Shown piece by piece: positions 20,788-33,112 of a stretch of DNA of 42,238 nt. The translations under genes were made by a program, and so were the position numbers. Within the stretch, counting starts at the first letter, position 1, and every line of letters begins with the position of its first letter. The notes below the pieces were generated by a model that saw only the letters and a list, made by a program, of their open reading frames with translations, was not told the DNA's origin and searched no databases. Source of the stretch: Desulfobacterales bacterium (GTDB lineage: Bacteria > Desulfobacterota > Desulfobacteria > Desulfobacterales > JAOZSB01); assembly GCA_029939895.1 (NCBI GenBank), contig JAOZSB010000003.1:1-42238 (forward strand), given 5' to 3'.

Positions 20788-23700
20788 TGGAAACCCTGTA
20801 CGATTTTTTTGCAAAACCAAAGGATCCAAAAGCTTACACCGGAGTCCGGCTTGCGCTTGCTTCACCGGATCAGATCAATAGCTGGTCATGTGGTGAAATA
20901 AAAAAACCGGAAACTATTAATTACAGGACATTCAAACCCGAGAGGGAAGGTCTTTTCTGCGCGAAAATATTCGGGCCGACAAAGGACTACGAGTGTAACT
21001 GCGGCAAGTACAAGCGCATGAAACACCGTGGTGTCATCTGTGAAAAATGTGGTGTTGAAGTAATCCAGTCCAAGGTTCGGCGTGAACGGATGGGCCATAT
21101 AGCGTTAGCTACTTCCGTGGCTCATATCTGGTTCCTCAAGTGCCTTCCAAGCAAGATTGGTAACCTTCTTGACCTGACCTTGAAGAATCTGGAAAAGGTT
21201 CTTTATTTTGACAGCTATATAGTTATTGATCCTAAAGAGACCGGCCTTACAATGGGCCAGCTTCTTTCTGAGGAAAAATACAGGGAAGCAGTAGAGCAGT
21301 TTGGTGCCGGCTTTGACGCTGGAATCGGTGCAGAAGCTGTAAAGGAACTTATCGGCAAGCTCGATATGAACATCCTTTATGATCAGCTCCGTGAAGACAT
21401 CAAGGCTACAAGCTCCGAGGCAAAGAGGAAAAAAATCTCCAAGCGTTTGAAGATTGTGGATTCCTTCAGGCGTTCTGGGCTTGATCCAGCCTGGATGATA
21501 ATGGATGTCATCCCGGTTCTGCCTCCAGACCTGCGCCCCCTGGTTCCACTTGAAGGCGGAAGATTCGCAACATCGGATCTCAACGACCTTTACAGACGTG
21601 TAATTAACAGGAACAACAGGCTTAAAAGACTCGTAGACCTGAAAGCTCCAGACATCATCGTGAGAAACGAGAAGAGGATGCTTCAGGAATCAGTGGATGT
21701 GCTTTTTGATAATGGCCGCCACGGCAGAGTTATAACAGGTACAAATAAAAGGCCCTTGAAATCCCTAAGCGATACCTTGAAGGGTAAGCAGGGAAGATTT
21801 CGCCAGAATTTGCTTGGAAAGCGTGTTGATTATTCAGGCCGTACAGTTATCACCATCGGCCCGAATCTGAGACTGCATCAGTGCGGTCTTCCAAAGAAGA
21901 TGGCCCTGGAACTTTTCAAGCCGTTTATTTATTACAGGTTAGAGAAAAAAGGCCTGGTATCCACGGTTAAAAGTGCGAAAAAAATGGTGGAACGGGAAAC
22001 TCCAGAGGTTTGGGATACCCTTGATGAAGTTGTTAAGGAATATCCTATTCTTCTAAACCGTGCTCCAACCCTGCACAGGCTTGGAATACAGGCTTTTGAG
22101 CCTACCCTCATTGAAGGAAAGGCCATCCAGCTTCACCCGCTTGTCTGTACAGCTTTTAATGCAGACTTTGACGGTGACCAGATGGCAGTCCATGTGCCGC
22201 TTTCTGTTGAATCACAGATTGAGGCAAGGGTCTTGATGCTTTCGAGTAACAATATCCTGTCCCCTGCAAACGGCAGCCCGATCATTGTACCAACCCAGGA
22301 CATCGTCCTCGGTATATACTATATGACCAGGGCATTTCCGAACAAGCGCGGTCATGGTATGCTTTTCTCAAATCAGGATGAGGTTAGATCCGCCTATGAT
22401 GCCGGAGAAATTGATCTCCATGCAATGATTAAGGTGAGAATTAACGGCGAAAGAGTTGAGACAACAGTCGGCAGAATGCTTCTCTGGGAAGTAATACCCC
22501 AGGAGGATGTTGTAGTTCTGCGCCAGATAACAGTATATGATAAGGACGAAGCCGAGGGCATTGTCAAGTCACTTGAAAAGGGAACCGACTATATTGAACT
22601 GGTTCACAAGCATTCAACGAGCTATGACAAGGTCTTTGACGGAAATATCGGCCTTTTCATGAAGGAAGACTTCCAGAGAGTTTTCAGGGCCGATGATGAA
22701 GCCACTGAAGAAATTTTTAACATGGATGTCAACACCCACAGCCAGGCTTGTTTTCTTGACGGGGCTTATCATATTTTCAAAATCTCTGATAAGCGTTTTG
22801 AGATTCCTTTCAATGTAATTAATCACGTCATGGACAAAAAACGCCTCCGTGACCTGGTTGACTATGCCTATAGAAATCTTGGTGCCAAGGCCACTGTAAT
22901 ACTTTCAGACAGGCTCAAGGACATAGGTTACACCTATTCCACAGAGGGCGGCCTTTCCATATCTATTGACGCTATGATTATTCCTGACAAAAAATGGGGA
23001 ATTCTTGGCAGCGCAGAAGATACAGTTACCGAGATTAACAGGCAGTACACAGAGGGTCTTATTACCCAGGGTGAGAAATACAACAAGATCGTTGATATCT
23101 GGTCAAAGGCGACTGATGATGTTGCAAACGAGATGATGGAATGCATGAAGGAAGCCCCCCAGGGGGAAAGCATCAATCCTATCTTTATGATGGCTGACTC
23201 TGGAGCAAGGGGAAGCAAGGATCAGATGCGTCAGCTTGCTGGAATGCGTGGCCTGATGGCAAAACCATCGGGTGAGATCATCGAAACACCGATTACAGCG
23301 AACTTCAGGGAAGGCCTGAGTGTTCTCCAGTACTTTATTTCCACACATGGTGCACGAAAGGGACTTGCTGATACAGCCCTGAAAACAGCTAACTCTGGCT
23401 ACCTGACCAGGCGACTGGCAGATGTTGCCCAGGACTGTGCTGTTACATCAGAAGATTGTGGAACCCTGCTCGGAATTAATATCGAGCCGCTCATGGAGGG
23501 TGGTGAGGTTATCCAGATGCTTGGGGAAAGGATTCTGGGGCGTATTGCCATTGAAGATATTCTTGATCCATTTTCAGATGAAGTTCTGGTTAAACAGGGC
23601 CATGAGATTGATGAATCCGCAGTTAAACGGGTTGAGGATGCAGGCTCGACAAACGTCATGATAAGATCTGTTCTCACATGCCGCTCCAAGATTGGAGTTT

Positions 23701-25181
23701 GTTCCAAGTGCTACGGCAGAGACCTGTCCCATGGTGGACTCGTGGAAATCGGCCAGGCAGTTGGTATCCTGTCGGCCCAGTCCATTGGTGAGCCTGGAAC
23801 ACAGCTTACAATGCGTACATTCCATATTGGTGGAGCCGCAAGCTTTCAGGAGCAGGCAGACATCAGGGCACGCGTAAGCGGAGTAATCAAATATATCGAT
23901 ATTCATGTTGTAAAGAATAAAGAAGATAAAAACATCATCATGAATCGTCGTGGCGGAGAATTCGCAATTATTGGCGAAAAGGGACGTGAAAGGGAACGTA
24001 ACCCGGTTATTTACGGTGCATACATGATGGTTGAAGATGGTCAGGAAGTCAAACCCGGCGATCTGCTTGCAACGTGGGACCCTTTTACAACTCCAATTAT
24101 CACGGAAGTGTCTGGAGTTGTAAAGTTCGGTGACATAACATCGGGTAAGACCATGCAGGAAAAGGTTGACCCTGTAACCGGTAAGTCAAGCCGTATGATT
24201 ATCGAGTTCAAGAGTTCCGAGGTAAGGCCGAGGATTACCCTGAAGGATCCAAACGGCAAGACCATGAAGCTTCCAGATGGTTCTGGTGTTGCACGATATG
24301 TTCTTCCAATTGATGCTATTATCACCGTTGAAGAGGGTGATGAGATCAAGGCAGGAGACATCCTTGCAAGGCTTCCAAGAGCCACAACAAAAACAAAGGA
24401 CATCACAGGTGGTCTGCCCAGAGTTGCGGAGCTTTTCGAGGTTCGCAAGCCCAAGGAAACAACGGTTTTGACCGAGATTGACGGTTTTGTGTCGATCAGC
24501 AAGGGAACCAAGGGAAAACAAAAGGTAACAGTTACTCCTGTTGATGTTGGCGATAAAAAGGAATACCTGGTCGCCCGTGGTAAGCATATCAATGCATACG
24601 AGGGTGATTATGTTCGTGCAGGTGAGCCTCTTATCGGTGGATCTGCAAATCCCCAGGACATACTCAACATCAAGGGTGAGGTTGCTCTGGCACGTTATCT
24701 GGTTGATGAGGTTCAGGAGGTTTACAGGCTCCAGGGCGTTAAGATCAACGATAAGCATATTGAGGTTATCGTTAAGCAGATGATGCGTAAGGTCAAGATT
24801 ACCGACGCAGGAGACACAACGTTCCTCTTTGATGAGCAGGTTGACAGGTTCGATTTTGAGGATGAGAACTCACGTGTAAGACAGAAAGGTGGACAGACCG
24901 CAGTTGCAGATCCGCTCATTCTGGGGATCACAAAGGCTTCTCTGAGTACCGACAGCTTTATCAGTGCGGCATCTTTCCAGGAAACAACCAAGGTGCTGAC
25001 AGAGGCTTGTATTGAGGCCTCAATGGACAAACTGCGCGGGCTTAAGGAAAATGTTATCATGGGTCGCCTGATTCCTGCTGGAACTGGTCTAGCTATGTAC
25101 AGGGACATGGATATTGAGCTTGACTATGAAAAAGAAGAGGCAGCAGAGGCTGTTGGAGGGCTTGATGAATCCCTGGATTAA
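20787..25181 (+). CDS. rpoC: RNA polymerase beta' subunit with ~100-aa parvulin-like insertion
   Basis: NADFDGD active site, Zn-binding Cys clusters, [13 protein letters not shown]; extra segment at aa ~572-672. Confidence 0.99.
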   Translation: METLYDFFAKPKDPKAYTGVRLALASPDQINSWSCGEIKKPETINYRTFKPEREGLFCAKIFGPTKDYECNCGKYKRMKHRGVICEKCGVEVIQSKVRRERMGHIALATSVAHIWFLKCLPSKIGNLLDLTLKNLEKVLYFDSYIVIDPKETGLTMGQLLSEEKYREAVEQFGAGFDAGIGAEAVKELIGKLDMNILYDQLREDIKATSSEAKRKKISKRLKIVDSFRRSGLDPAWMIMDVIPVLPPDLRPLVPLEGGRFATSDLNDLYRRVINRNNRLKRLVDLKAPDIIVRNEKRMLQESVDVLFDNGRHGRVITGTNKRPLKSLSDTLKGKQGRFRQNLLGKRVDYSGRTVITIGPNLRLHQCGLPKKMALELFKPFIYYRLEKKGLVSTVKSAKKMVERETPEVWDTLDEVVKEYPILLNRAPTLHRLGIQAFEPTLIEGKAIQLHPLVCTAFNADFDGDQMAVHVPLSVESQIEARVLMLSSNNILSPANGSPIIVPTQDIVLGIYYMTRAFPNKRGHGMLFSNQDEVRSAYDAGEIDLHAMIKVRINGERVETTVGRMLLWEVIPQEDVVVLRQITVYDKDEAEGIVKSLEKGTDYIELVHKHSTSYDKVFDGNIGLFMKEDFQRVFRADDEATEEIFNMDVNTHSQACFLDGAYHIFKISDKRFEIPFNVINHVMDKKRLRDLVDYAYRNLGAKATVILSDRLKDIGYTYSTEGGLSISIDAMIIPDKKWGILGSAEDTVTEINRQYTEGLITQGEKYNKIVDIWSKATDDVANEMMECMKEAPQGESINPIFMMADSGARGSKDQMRQLAGMRGLMAKPSGEIIETPITANFREGLSVLQYFISTHGARKGLADTALKTANSGYLTRRLADVAQDCAVTSEDCGTLLGINIEPLMEGGEVIQMLGERILGRIAIEDILDPFSDEVLVKQGHEIDESAVKRVEDAGSTNVMIRSVLTCRSKIGVCSKCYGRDLSHGGLVEIGQAVGILSAQSIGEPGTQLTMRTFHIGGAASFQEQADIRARVSGVIKYIDIHVVKNKEDKNIIMNRRGGEFAIIGEKGRERERNPVIYGAYMMVEDGQEVKPGDLLATWDPFTTPIITEVSGVVKFGDITSGKTMQEKVDPVTGKSSRMIIEFKSSEVRPRITLKDPNGKTMKLPDGSGVARYVLPIDAIITVEEGDEIKAGDILARLPRATTKTKDITGGLPRVAELFEVRKPKETTVLTEIDGFVSISKGTKGKQKVTVTPVDVGDKKEYLVARGKHINAYEGDYVRAGEPLIGGSANPQDILNIKGEVALARYLVDEVQEVYRLQGVKINDKHIEVIVKQMMRKVKITDAGDTTFLFDEQVDRFDFEDENSRVRQKGGQTAVADPLILGITKASLSTDSFISAASFQETTKVLTEACIEASMDKLRGLKENVIMGRLIPAGTGLAMYRDMDIELDYEKEEAAEAVGGLDESLD

Positions 25182-25209
25182 CCGAATTATATTAGGTTAA
25201 TAATTTTGC

Positions 25210-25238
25210 TTGACAAGGGAAACTTTTTCATATAGCTT
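25210..25238 (+). promoter_or_regulatory. Candidate sigma70 promoter for rpsL
   Basis: TTGACA-N17-TAGCTT. Confidence 0.5.
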
Positions 25239-25300
25239 TCTTTATTTTACCGACCGGAGTTAGTTATCTGGTCAAAATATACAAAAACAATGAGGTAAGT

Positions 25301-25672
25301 ATGCCGACAATAAATCAGCTGGTAAAGCAAGGACGAAAGAGGGCGGTTAAGAAAACTAATACGCCAGCATTGAAGGGTGCACCCCAGAAAAGGGGCGTTT
25401 GCACACGCGTATATACATCGACTCCTAAAAAACCTAACTCAGCCCTTAGAAAAGTAGCAAGGGTGAGGCTTACCACAGGTATTGAGGTAACGGCTTATAT
25501 TCCAGGTATTGGACACAACCTGCAAGAGCATTCAGTTGTTCTCGTCAGGGGCGGCAGGGTCAAGGATCTTCCAGGTGTCAGGTATCATATTGTCAGGGGT
25601 ACACTTGATACCCTTGGTGTGGAAGACAGAAAACAGGGACGCTCCAAATACGGAGCAAGAAAACCTAAGTAA
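25301..25672 (+). CDS. rpsL: 30S ribosomal protein S12
   Basis: [26 protein letters not shown]. Confidence 0.99.
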   Translation: MPTINQLVKQGRKRAVKKTNTPALKGAPQKRGVCTRVYTSTPKKPNSALRKVARVRLTTGIEVTAYIPGIGHNLQEHSVVLVRGGRVKDLPGVRYHIVRGTLDTLGVEDRKQGRSKYGARKPK

Positions 25673-25681
25673 GGTGCTGGT

Positions 25682-26152
25682 ATGTCACGTAGAAAAGTGA
25701 TTCAAGAAAGAGACATTATTGCTGATCCCAGATACGGGAATAAGCTGATTGCCAAATTCATAAACTCTATTATGCTTGATGGTAAAAAGAGCAAGGCCGA
25801 AGGCCTGATTTACGAAGCCTTTGATATCATCGAAGCAAAGAGTAAAGAAGACCCAAAGAAAATCTTTGAAAAGGCGATTGACAATTCCCGCCCGGTCATT
25901 GAGGTTAAATCAAGAAGGGTTGGTGGCTCCACATATCAGGTGCCCACCGAGATCAGACCTTCAAGAAAAACAGCCCTTGCATTGCGCTGGCTGATAAAAT
26001 ATGCCAAGGCCCGATCAGAAAAAGGTATGGCAGGCAAATTGGCAGGTGAGTTCCTTGATGCAGCAAATAACAGAGGGGCCACAATAAAGAAAAAAGAAGA
26101 CACCCACAGGATGGCAGATGCGAATAAGGCTTTCGCTCATTACAGATGGTAG
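25682..26152 (+). CDS. rpsG: 30S ribosomal protein S7
   Basis: [25 protein letters not shown]. Confidence 0.99.
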   Translation: MSRRKVIQERDIIADPRYGNKLIAKFINSIMLDGKKSKAEGLIYEAFDIIEAKSKEDPKKIFEKAIDNSRPVIEVKSRRVGGSTYQVPTEIRPSRKTALALRWLIKYAKARSEKGMAGKLAGEFLDAANNRGATIKKKEDTHRMADANKAFAHYRW

Positions 26153-26181
26153 GTAGAGAGCGCAGGTTCGCAAAGTGGGAG

Positions 26182-26340
26182 TTTTTGCTTACTTTATTAA
26201 AATTAACGGCAAAGATAAACTAAGCAATCGGCTTCAAAAAAAAATCTAAGTTTATTAGGAGATTATTTGCTTATTCCATAACCAGTTATCAGGTATAGAC
26301 TAAGCAATTGGCTTCGAAAAAAATTTAAGTTTATTAGGAG
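26182..26340 (+). repeat. Two tandem copies of ~80-bp element between rpsG and tuf
   Basis: units 26182-26261 and 26262-26340, preceded by GGGAG; last GGAG is 11 nt before ATG 26352. Confidence 0.93.
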
Positions 26341-26351
26341 ACTAGTAAAAG

Positions 26352-27545
26352 ATGGCTAAAGCAAAATTCGAGAGAAATAAACCCCATGTAAACGTAGGCA
26401 CAATTGGCCATATTGACCATGGTAAGACCACGCTTACAGCGGCGATCACAAAGCATAACGGCCTGAAGGGAATGGCAGAGTTTATCCCCTTTGACCAGAT
26501 CGACAAGGCTCCAGAGGAAAAAGCCAGGGGCATAACCATTGCAACTGCCCATGTAGAGTATGAGACTGAAAATCGTCATTACGCACATGTTGACTGTCCA
26601 GGCCATGCTGACTACATCAAGAACATGATAACCGGTGCAGCACAGATGGACGGCGCAATACTGGTTGTTGGTGCTGACGATGGGCCAATGCCTCAAACCA
26701 GGGAACACATCCTTCTTGCTCGTCAGGTTGGTGTACCAAGGATAATCGTATTTTTGAACAAATGCGACATGGTAGACGACGAAGAACTAATCGAGCTGGT
26801 TGAACTTGAGATGCGTGAGCTTCTTGATAAGTACGATTTTCCTGGCGACGACACTCCGATTATCCAGGGAAGCGCACTCAAGGCACTTGAGAGCGATGAC
26901 CCGGCCAGCGACGATGCCAAGTGCATATTTGAGCTGATGGATGCAATCGACAGCTACATCCCAGAGCCGGAACGTGACATAGACAGACCATTCCTTATGC
27001 CCATTGAAGACGTATTCAGCATATCCGGCCGTGGAACAGTTGTAACAGGCAGGGTAGACCGCGGAATCGTAAAAGTAGGCGAGGATGTAGAGATAGTAGG
27101 TATTCGTGACACGGTAAAGACAGTATGTACAGGAGTTGAGATGTTCAGAAAACTTCTTGACGAAGGCCGTGCCGGAGACAACATAGGTGTTCTGCTTCGC
27201 GGAACAAAACGAGAAGATGTTGAGCGTGGTCAGGTAGTAGCCAAGCCCAAATCCATCACCCCCCATACAAAGTTCAAGGCCGAAGTATATATACTCAGCA
27301 AAGAAGAGGGCGGAAGACATACGCCATTCTTTAGCGGGTATCGTCCGCAGTTTTACTTTCGGACAACCGATGTTACCGGTGTATTGAGCCTGCCAGAGGG
27401 AGTAGAGATGGTAATGCCTGGAGATCACATAACAATATCAGGTGATCTTATTACACCGATAGCAATGGAAAAAGAACTTAGGTTTGCGATCCGCGAAGGC
27501 GGTCGTACAGTCGGAGCTGGTGTTGTCAGCGAAATTATAGAATAA
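26352..27545 (+). CDS. tuf: Elongation factor Tu (copy 2)
   Basis: protein identical to copy 1. Confidence 0.99.
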   Translation: MAKAKFERNKPHVNVGTIGHIDHGKTTLTAAITKHNGLKGMAEFIPFDQIDKAPEEKARGITIATAHVEYETENRHYAHVDCPGHADYIKNMITGAAQMDGAILVVGADDGPMPQTREHILLARQVGVPRIIVFLNKCDMVDDEELIELVELEMRELLDKYDFPGDDTPIIQGSALKALESDDPASDDAKCIFELMDAIDSYIPEPERDIDRPFLMPIEDVFSISGRGTVVTGRVDRGIVKVGEDVEIVGIRDTVKTVCTGVEMFRKLLDEGRAGDNIGVLLRGTKREDVERGQVVAKPKSITPHTKFKAEVYILSKEEGGRHTPFFSGYRPQFYFRTTDVTGVLSLPEGVEMVMPGDHITISGDLITPIAMEKELRFAIREGGRTVGAGVVSEIIE

Positions 27546-27555
27546 GAAGAATGAT

Positions 27556-27867
27556 ATGATAAAGAACACGAAGATAAGGATCAGACTGAGGGCTTACGAC
27601 CATAAACTGCTTGACCAGTCCGCAATGGATATCGTGGACACAGCCCAGAAAACGGGCGCAAAGGTGGTCGGACCAATACCAATGCCAACAAGGATAAACA
27701 AATACTGTGTTTTGCGTTCCCCTCATATTGACAAGAAGTCCAGGGAGCAGTTCGAGATCAGGACCCACAAAAGACTCCTTGATATTCTCGAACCGACGCA
27801 GCAGACGGTAGATGCCCTTATGAAACTTGATCTTTCTCCTGGTGTGGACGTGGAGATCAAACTGTAA
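27556..27867 (+). CDS. rpsJ: 30S ribosomal protein S10
   Basis: [23 protein letters not shown]. Confidence 0.99.
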   Translation: MIKNTKIRIRLRAYDHKLLDQSAMDIVDTAQKTGAKVVGPIPMPTRINKYCVLRSPHIDKKSREQFEIRTHKRLLDILEPTQQTVDALMKLDLSPGVDVEIKL

Positions 27868-27884
27868 AGAAGGTTGTGCAGGCC

Positions 27885-28523
27885 ATGAGTAGAGGACTAT
27901 TAGGAAAAAAAGTTGGAATGACCGGTGTATTTTTACCGAGCGGACAGTATGTCCCGGTAACGGTCTTAGAAGTCGGACCCTGTGTAATTACACAAATAAA
28001 GACACAGGCTACCGATAAATACGATGCGCTCCAGTTGGGATTCGGCAACAAAAAGGAGAGCAAAGTTAATAAGCCCATAAAGGGTCACCTGAAAAAAAGC
28101 GGAGACGCAGCATTTAGTGTACTTCGTGAGTTCCCGGTCGAAGATCCAGGCGAATTCAAGTTAGGTCAGGCTTTGACAGTCGATATGTTTAAGATCGGCG
28201 AAAAAGTTGACGTAACTGGAACATCAAAAGGACGGGGATTCAGCGGTGTAATTAAAAGACATGGATTCCATGGCGGCAGAATGTCCCACGGCGGGCATTG
28301 CAAGAGAATACCCGGTTCCATCGGCTGTAGTGCATGGCCGGCAAGGGTTATTCCAGGCAAAAAAATGCCAGGTCGTTACGGGAATGACAGAAAGACCGTA
28401 AAGAATCTAGAGATTATCGATATAAGGCTTGATGAAGGTATCCTTTTGATAAAGGGCGCTGTTCCTGGATGTAAGACAGGAGTCATTGAGATTAATAAAC
28501 TAAAAGTACCAACAAAGAAATAG
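27885..28523 (+). CDS. rplC: 50S ribosomal protein L3
   Basis: [23 protein letters not shown]; ATG 27885 preferred over GTG 27876. Confidence 0.98.
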   Translation: MSRGLLGKKVGMTGVFLPSGQYVPVTVLEVGPCVITQIKTQATDKYDALQLGFGNKKESKVNKPIKGHLKKSGDAAFSVLREFPVEDPGEFKLGQALTVDMFKIGEKVDVTGTSKGRGFSGVIKRHGFHGGRMSHGGHCKRIPGSIGCSAWPARVIPGKKMPGRYGNDRKTVKNLEIIDIRLDEGILLIKGAVPGCKTGVIEINKLKVPTKK

Positions 28524-28536
28524 ACGGTTACAAACG

Positions 28537-29160
28537 ATGGCTGTTTTAAACGTAATAAATACAAGTGGCGACAAGGTTTCAGAGGTAGAATTAACTCCAG
28601 AGATCTTCGAGATACCGGTCAAGTCTTCAGTACTCCATGAGGTTGTGAAAATGCAGCTTGCTGGAAAACGCGCAGGAACTGCGTGTGTGAAGAATCGTTC
28701 GGACGTAAAGGGTAGCACGAGAAAACTATTCCGTCAAAAGGGAACGGGCCGTGCCCGCCGGGGTGATATTAAGGCTCCTCTTCTCAGAGGCGGTGGAGTG
28801 ATTTTCGGGCCTCATCCAAGATCCTATGCTATCAGGGTACCTAAGAAGGTGAAAAGACTTGCCCTGAAAATGGCTCTTAGCAGCAAGCTTGCAAGCGACA
28901 GCATCAAGGTTGTTGATAAGATAGAGATGGATGCCGTGAAGACAAAGAGTTTTGTAGAGATAATGAAGACTCTTGATGTTCGCAATGCCCTTTTCGTAAT
29001 TGATGCTAAAAACGATAACGTTGAATTGTCTTCACGAAATATTCCAAAGGTTAAGGTTTTGAGAGCCGATGGACTCAACGTATACGACATCCTCAAGTAC
29101 GACAACCTGGTGCTACTCTCACCTTCAATAGAGAGCATTGAGGGGAGGCTGAAAAAATGA
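28537..29160 (+). CDS. rplD: 50S ribosomal protein L4
   Basis: [17 protein letters not shown]. Confidence 0.99.
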   Translation: MAVLNVINTSGDKVSEVELTPEIFEIPVKSSVLHEVVKMQLAGKRAGTACVKNRSDVKGSTRKLFRQKGTGRARRGDIKAPLLRGGGVIFGPHPRSYAIRVPKKVKRLALKMALSSKLASDSIKVVDKIEMDAVKTKSFVEIMKTLDVRNALFVIDAKNDNVELSSRNIPKVKVLRADGLNVYDILKYDNLVLLSPSIESIEGRLKK

Positions 29161-29441
29161 GCAACCATTATGATGTAATAAAGCGACCCATGGTTACTGA
29201 AAAATCAAGCATCCAGAAGGAACTGTACAATCAGGTATCTTTTGAAGTCGATAGATCGGCAAACAGGATTGAGATTAAAAGAGCTGTGGAGAAGATATTT
29301 GACGTGAGAGTTGCCAATGTTTGCACCATGCAGATTAAAGGTAAGGTTAAACGTCGCGGGAAAATTCTTGGCAAGCGCAGAGACTGGAAAAAAGCAATAG
29401 TCAAGCTTATGCCAGGCGAGAGAATTAAGTTTTTCGATTAA
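29157..29441 (+). CDS. rplW: 50S ribosomal protein L23
   Basis: PMVTEKS, WKKAIV. Confidence 0.98.
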   Translation: MSNHYDVIKRPMVTEKSSIQKELYNQVSFEVDRSANRIEIKRAVEKIFDVRVANVCTMQIKGKVKRRGKILGKRRDWKKAIVKLMPGERIKFFD

Positions 29442-29504
29442 GATATCTATTTGATAAGGTCATAAGTGATAAGGACATATTCAATAAGTTCTTGGGAGTA
29501 AATA

Positions 29505-30332
29505 ATGGCAATAAAAAAAGTAAAACCGGTTTCACCGGGCAGAAGATTTCAGGAATTTTCATCCTTTGATGAAATTACATCTACAACTCCTGAAAAAAAT
29601 CTTCTTCGGATACTTAAAAAATCCGGCGGTAGAAATAATAACGGAAGAGTTACAAGCAGGCATCGGGGTGGCGGTCATAAGCGCTATTACAGGATTATTG
29701 ACTTTAAGCGTGACAAGCTCAATATACCCGCCAAGGTGGCAACAATTGAATACGATCCTAACCGATCTGCAAGAATAGCCCTTCTCCATTATGCTGACGG
29801 TGAAAAAAGATACATCCTGGCTCCACTTCGCTTAAACGTTGGCGATACTGTAGTCTCAGGCCCGGAATCAGATATTAAACCCGGAAATTCACTTCCCTTG
29901 AGCAATATTCCTCTTGGAACCCATATCCATAATATAGAATTAAAAAAGAATAAGGGTGGCCAGATTGTCAGGAGCGCAGGCGGATATGCTCAGCTCATGG
30001 CAAAAGAAGGAAAGTATGTTCTGGTCAAGCTGCCATCTGGCGAAAACAGGCACGTACTTGCAACCTGTTACGCAACTATAGGTCAGGTAGGAAATGTTGA
30101 GCATGAAAATATTTCTCTGGGCAAGGCCGGCAGAAGCAGAATGCTCGGTAGAAGACCAAAGGTTCGTGGTGTAGCAATGAACCCGGTGGATCATCCAATG
30201 GGTGGTGGTGAAGGACGTTCTTCTGGTGGAAGGCATCCATGTACACCCTGGGGCAAACCCACCAAGGGATACAGGACCAGGAAAAATAAGAGTACTGACA
30301 AGTTTATTGTTAAGAGAAGGACTAAAAAGTAA
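29505..30332 (+). CDS. rplB: 50S ribosomal protein L2
   Basis: [25 protein letters not shown]. Confidence 0.99.
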   Translation: MAIKKVKPVSPGRRFQEFSSFDEITSTTPEKNLLRILKKSGGRNNNGRVTSRHRGGGHKRYYRIIDFKRDKLNIPAKVATIEYDPNRSARIALLHYADGEKRYILAPLRLNVGDTVVSGPESDIKPGNSLPLSNIPLGTHIHNIELKKNKGGQIVRSAGGYAQLMAKEGKYVLVKLPSGENRHVLATCYATIGQVGNVEHENISLGKAGRSRMLGRRPKVRGVAMNPVDHPMGGGEGRSSGGRHPCTPWGKPTKGYRTRKNKSTDKFIVKRRTKK

Positions 30333-30347
30333 ACACACACTTTTATA

Positions 30348-30382
30348 AAAAGCGTAGATGGAAATTTTAAGTTTATTAGGAG
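30348..30382 (+). repeat. 3' fragment of the ~80-bp element upstream of rpsS
   Basis: aaaagcgtagatggaaattttaagtttattaggag, 5 nt before ATG 30388. Confidence 0.7.
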
Positions 30383-30387
30383 ACAAG

Positions 30388-30666
30388 ATGCCCAGGTCGT
30401 TAAAAAAAGGCCCGTTTATTGAAGACAAGCTAATGAAGAAAGTCCTCATGGCCCAAGAGCAGCGGAGCAACAAGGTGATAAAAACATGGTCGAGAAGATC
30501 GACTATAATACCTGAGATGGTTGGGCTTACGCTGGCCGTTCATAATGGGAAAAAGTTTATACCAGTGTTTGTGACAGAAGATATGGTAGGGCATAAGCTG
30601 GGTGAATTTTCTCCGACCAGAACTTTTTATGGTCATGCCAGCGGCAAGAAAACTAAGGTTAGATAA
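30388..30666 (+). CDS. rpsS: 30S ribosomal protein S19
   Basis: [23 protein letters not shown]; start moved to ATG 30388. Confidence 0.99.
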   Translation: MPRSLKKGPFIEDKLMKKVLMAQEQRSNKVIKTWSRRSTIIPEMVGLTLAVHNGKKFIPVFVTEDMVGHKLGEFSPTRTFYGHASGKKTKVR

Positions 30667-30684
30667 TTAAAGAAGGTAAACGTT

Positions 30685-31026
30685 ATGGAAGAGGTAACAG
30701 CAAAAGGCAGATTCATCCGTATTTCACCGCAGAAGGTGAGAATGCTGGTGGGCGCAGTAAAGGGCAGGCCTGTTGAGGATGCGTTAAACAGCCTCAAATT
30801 CATGCCTCAGAAGGCTGCGGGAATAGTTGAAAAGATAATGAGGTCTGCGGTTGCAAATGCCGATCAGAAAGCAGACATTGACGTGGACTCACTTATAGTG
30901 AAAAATTTATTAGTTGACCAGGGCCCTTCCTACAAACGTTGGAGAGCCAGGGCACGTGGTCGAGTCGGCAAAATCATAAAAAGGACCAGCCATATAACGG
31001 TAGTGCTGGCAGATACTCCGGTATAA
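30685..31026 (+). CDS. rplV: 50S ribosomal protein L22
   Basis: ISPQKVR, SAVANA, RARGR. Confidence 0.99.
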   Translation: MEEVTAKGRFIRISPQKVRMLVGAVKGRPVEDALNSLKFMPQKAAGIVEKIMRSAVANADQKADIDVDSLIVKNLLVDQGPSYKRWRARARGRVGKIIKRTSHITVVLADTPV

Positions 31027-31044
31027 GATAAGGGAGGTTGTAGC

Positions 31045-31695
31045 TTGGGTCAGAAAGTAAATCCGATAGGACTGAGATTAGGAATCGTTAAAACCTGGGA
31101 ATCCCGGTGGTTCGCAAAGAAAGGTAAATATGCAACTTATATCTTTGAGGACTACAATATTAGAAAATTCATTAAGAAGAAACTTTTTCACGCAGGTATT
31201 TCAAGGATTGAAATTGAACGCTCTGCAAAAAAGGTTAGACTTAGAGTTTTCACAGCAAGACCAGGAATCGTTATAGGTAAAAAAGGATCTGAAATTGAGG
31301 TCTTAAGAAAAGAACTTGAGCATTTGACGACCCAGGAAGTCCTTATTGATATAAAGGAAGTTAAGAAACCTGAGCTTGATGCCCAGTTGCTTGCAGAAAA
31401 CATAGCTCTGCAGCTTGAAAGAAGAGTAGCTTTCAGGCGTGCCATGAAAAGAGGCGTAACATCTGCAATGCGTTTTGGAGCAAAGGGCGTAAAAGTTATA
31501 TGCGCCGGCCGCCTTGGTGGAGCAGAAATGGCCAGAACAGAATGGTACAGAGAAGGCAGAGTGCCTTTGCATACCCTGAGGGCCAATATTGATTACGGCA
31601 CGACAGAAGCTAAGACCACCTACGGAATTATTGGAATTAAGGTGTTTGTTTTTAAGGGCGAAATTTTGACAAAAGATGAGATCGAGGCTGCATAA
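31045..31695 (+). CDS. rpsC: 30S ribosomal protein S3
   Basis: [21 protein letters not shown]; TTG start behind GGAGG. Confidence 0.99.
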   Translation: MGQKVNPIGLRLGIVKTWESRWFAKKGKYATYIFEDYNIRKFIKKKLFHAGISRIEIERSAKKVRLRVFTARPGIVIGKKGSEIEVLRKELEHLTTQEVLIDIKEVKKPELDAQLLAENIALQLERRVAFRRAMKRGVTSAMRFGAKGVKVICAGRLGGAEMARTEWYREGRVPLHTLRANIDYGTTEAKTTYGIIGIKVFVFKGEILTKDEIEAA

Positions 31696-31714
31696 AGCAG
31701 GTTCGTAAGAAAAG

Positions 31715-31794
31715 TTTTTTGTTTATCTTGTAGATTAACCCTTTAAAGTAAGCAAAAATCTAAGCTTCGTAAAAACATTAAAGTTCGACTGGAG
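31715..31794 (+). repeat. Single diverged copy of ~80-bp element upstream of rplP
   Basis: TTTTTGTTTA...TAAGCAAAAA stem, GCTTCG, AAGTT..GGAG 7 nt before ATG 31802; 80 bp long. Confidence 0.75.
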
Positions 31795-31801
31795 ATATAA
31801 T

Positions 31802-32218
31802 ATGCTTAGCCCAAAGAAAGTAAAGCATAGGAAAGTACAAAAAGGAAAAATGAGGGGAGCAGCCTATCGAGGCGGCGACCTTAGCTTCGGAGAATACGGC
31901 CTCCAGGCAGTCGAGTGTGGCAAGATCAGCTCAAAGCAAATTGAAGCTGCCCGTATTGCCATGACAAGGCATGTAAAAAGAGGCGGAAAGATGTGGATCA
32001 GGATTTTCCCGGACAAGCCATATACTAAAAAACCTGCTGAAGTACGGATGGGCAAGGGTAAAGGGCCACCAGAAGGTTGGGTGGCAGTAATCAAGCCTGG
32101 CAGAGTGTTATATGAAATGTCTGGAGTACCGAGGGAAATGGCAAAAGAGGCCTTGAGACTGGCTGCCCACAAACTCCCTGTAAAAACCAAATTTGTCGCA
32201 AGGGATGAAATGATATGA
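31802..32218 (+). CDS. rplP: 50S ribosomal protein L16
   Basis: QIEAAR, RMGKGKG. Confidence 0.99.
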   Translation: MLSPKKVKHRKVQKGKMRGAAYRGGDLSFGEYGLQAVECGKISSKQIEAARIAMTRHVKRGGKMWIRIFPDKPYTKKPAEVRMGKGKGPPEGWVAVIKPGRVLYEMSGVPREMAKEALRLAAHKLPVKTKFVARDEMI

Positions 32219-32418
32219 ATGCCGGTGAATTAAGAGATATGCAACCAGATGAACTGGAACGCAAACTTCTTGACCTCAAGGAGGAGTTTTTCAATCTGCG
32301 CTTTCAACAAGAAATTGGTCAGCTTGAAAATACTACCAAGCTCGGCAGTGCTAAAAAAGAGATTGCCAGAGTTAAAACCATATTAAAAGAAAAGAAACTT
32401 ACAGGTACAGCGGTATGA
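32215..32418 (+). CDS. rpmC: 50S ribosomal protein L29
   Basis: [17 protein letters not shown]. Confidence 0.97.
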   Translation: MNAGELRDMQPDELERKLLDLKEEFFNLRFQQEIGQLENTTKLGSAKKEIARVKTILKEKKLTGTAV

Positions 32419-32681
32419 GCGGTATGAAGAATCGTGGTATGAAAAGACAGCTTATGGGCACCATAGTCAGTGACAAGATGGATAAGACAGTGGTGGTTCT
32501 TGTTGAGCGGATGGTTAAGCATCCACTTTATGGGAAATATATCAGGCGCAGGGCGAAGTTTTCTGCCCATGACGAGCGAAACGAGTGCGGAATCGGCGAT
32601 AAGGTTACGATTACTGAATCCAGGCCAATTAGCAAGACCAAAAAATGGCGTGTCAGCAAGATCGTAGAAAAGGCCGTATAG
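32415..32681 (+). CDS. rpsQ: 30S ribosomal protein S17
   Basis: [21 protein letters not shown]. Confidence 0.98.
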   Translation: MSGMKNRGMKRQLMGTIVSDKMDKTVVVLVERMVKHPLYGKYIRRRAKFSAHDERNECGIGDKVTITESRPISKTKKWRVSKIVEKAV

Positions 32682-32698
32682 CATAGAGGAAAAGAGAA

Positions 32699-33067
32699 AT
32701 GATTCAGTCAGAAACTAGATTGACCGTTGCTGATAATTCGGGTGCTAAAATTTTATACTGCATAAAGGTTCTTGGCGGTTCCCGAAGACGATACGCCGGT
32801 ATAGGGGATGTTATTGTTGTCTCTGTAAAAGAGGCAATACCCAACGCAAAAGTAAAAAAAGGCGACGTTCTCAAGGCAGTAGTGGTAAGGACAAAAAAAG
32901 AGATAAGACGACCCGATGGTTCATACATCAGATTTGACGATAATTCGGCTGTGCTTATCAATCCAACTGGCGAACCAATTGGAACCCGTATTTTTGGGCC
33001 GGTTGCGAGAGAACTCAGAGCTAAAAGATATATGAAAATAATATCACTTGCTCCAGAGGTTCTGTAA
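32699..33067 (+). CDS. rplN: 50S ribosomal protein L14
   Basis: [16 protein letters not shown]. Confidence 0.99.
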   Translation: MIQSETRLTVADNSGAKILYCIKVLGGSRRRYAGIGDVIVVSVKEAIPNAKVKKGDVLKAVVVRTKKEIRRPDGSYIRFDDNSAVLINPTGEPIGTRIFGPVARELRAKRYMKIISLAPEVL

Positions 33068-33112
33068 AAGGCCGAGTTATAGAATATAAGAAGATCGGGA
33101 GATTTTTTAATC

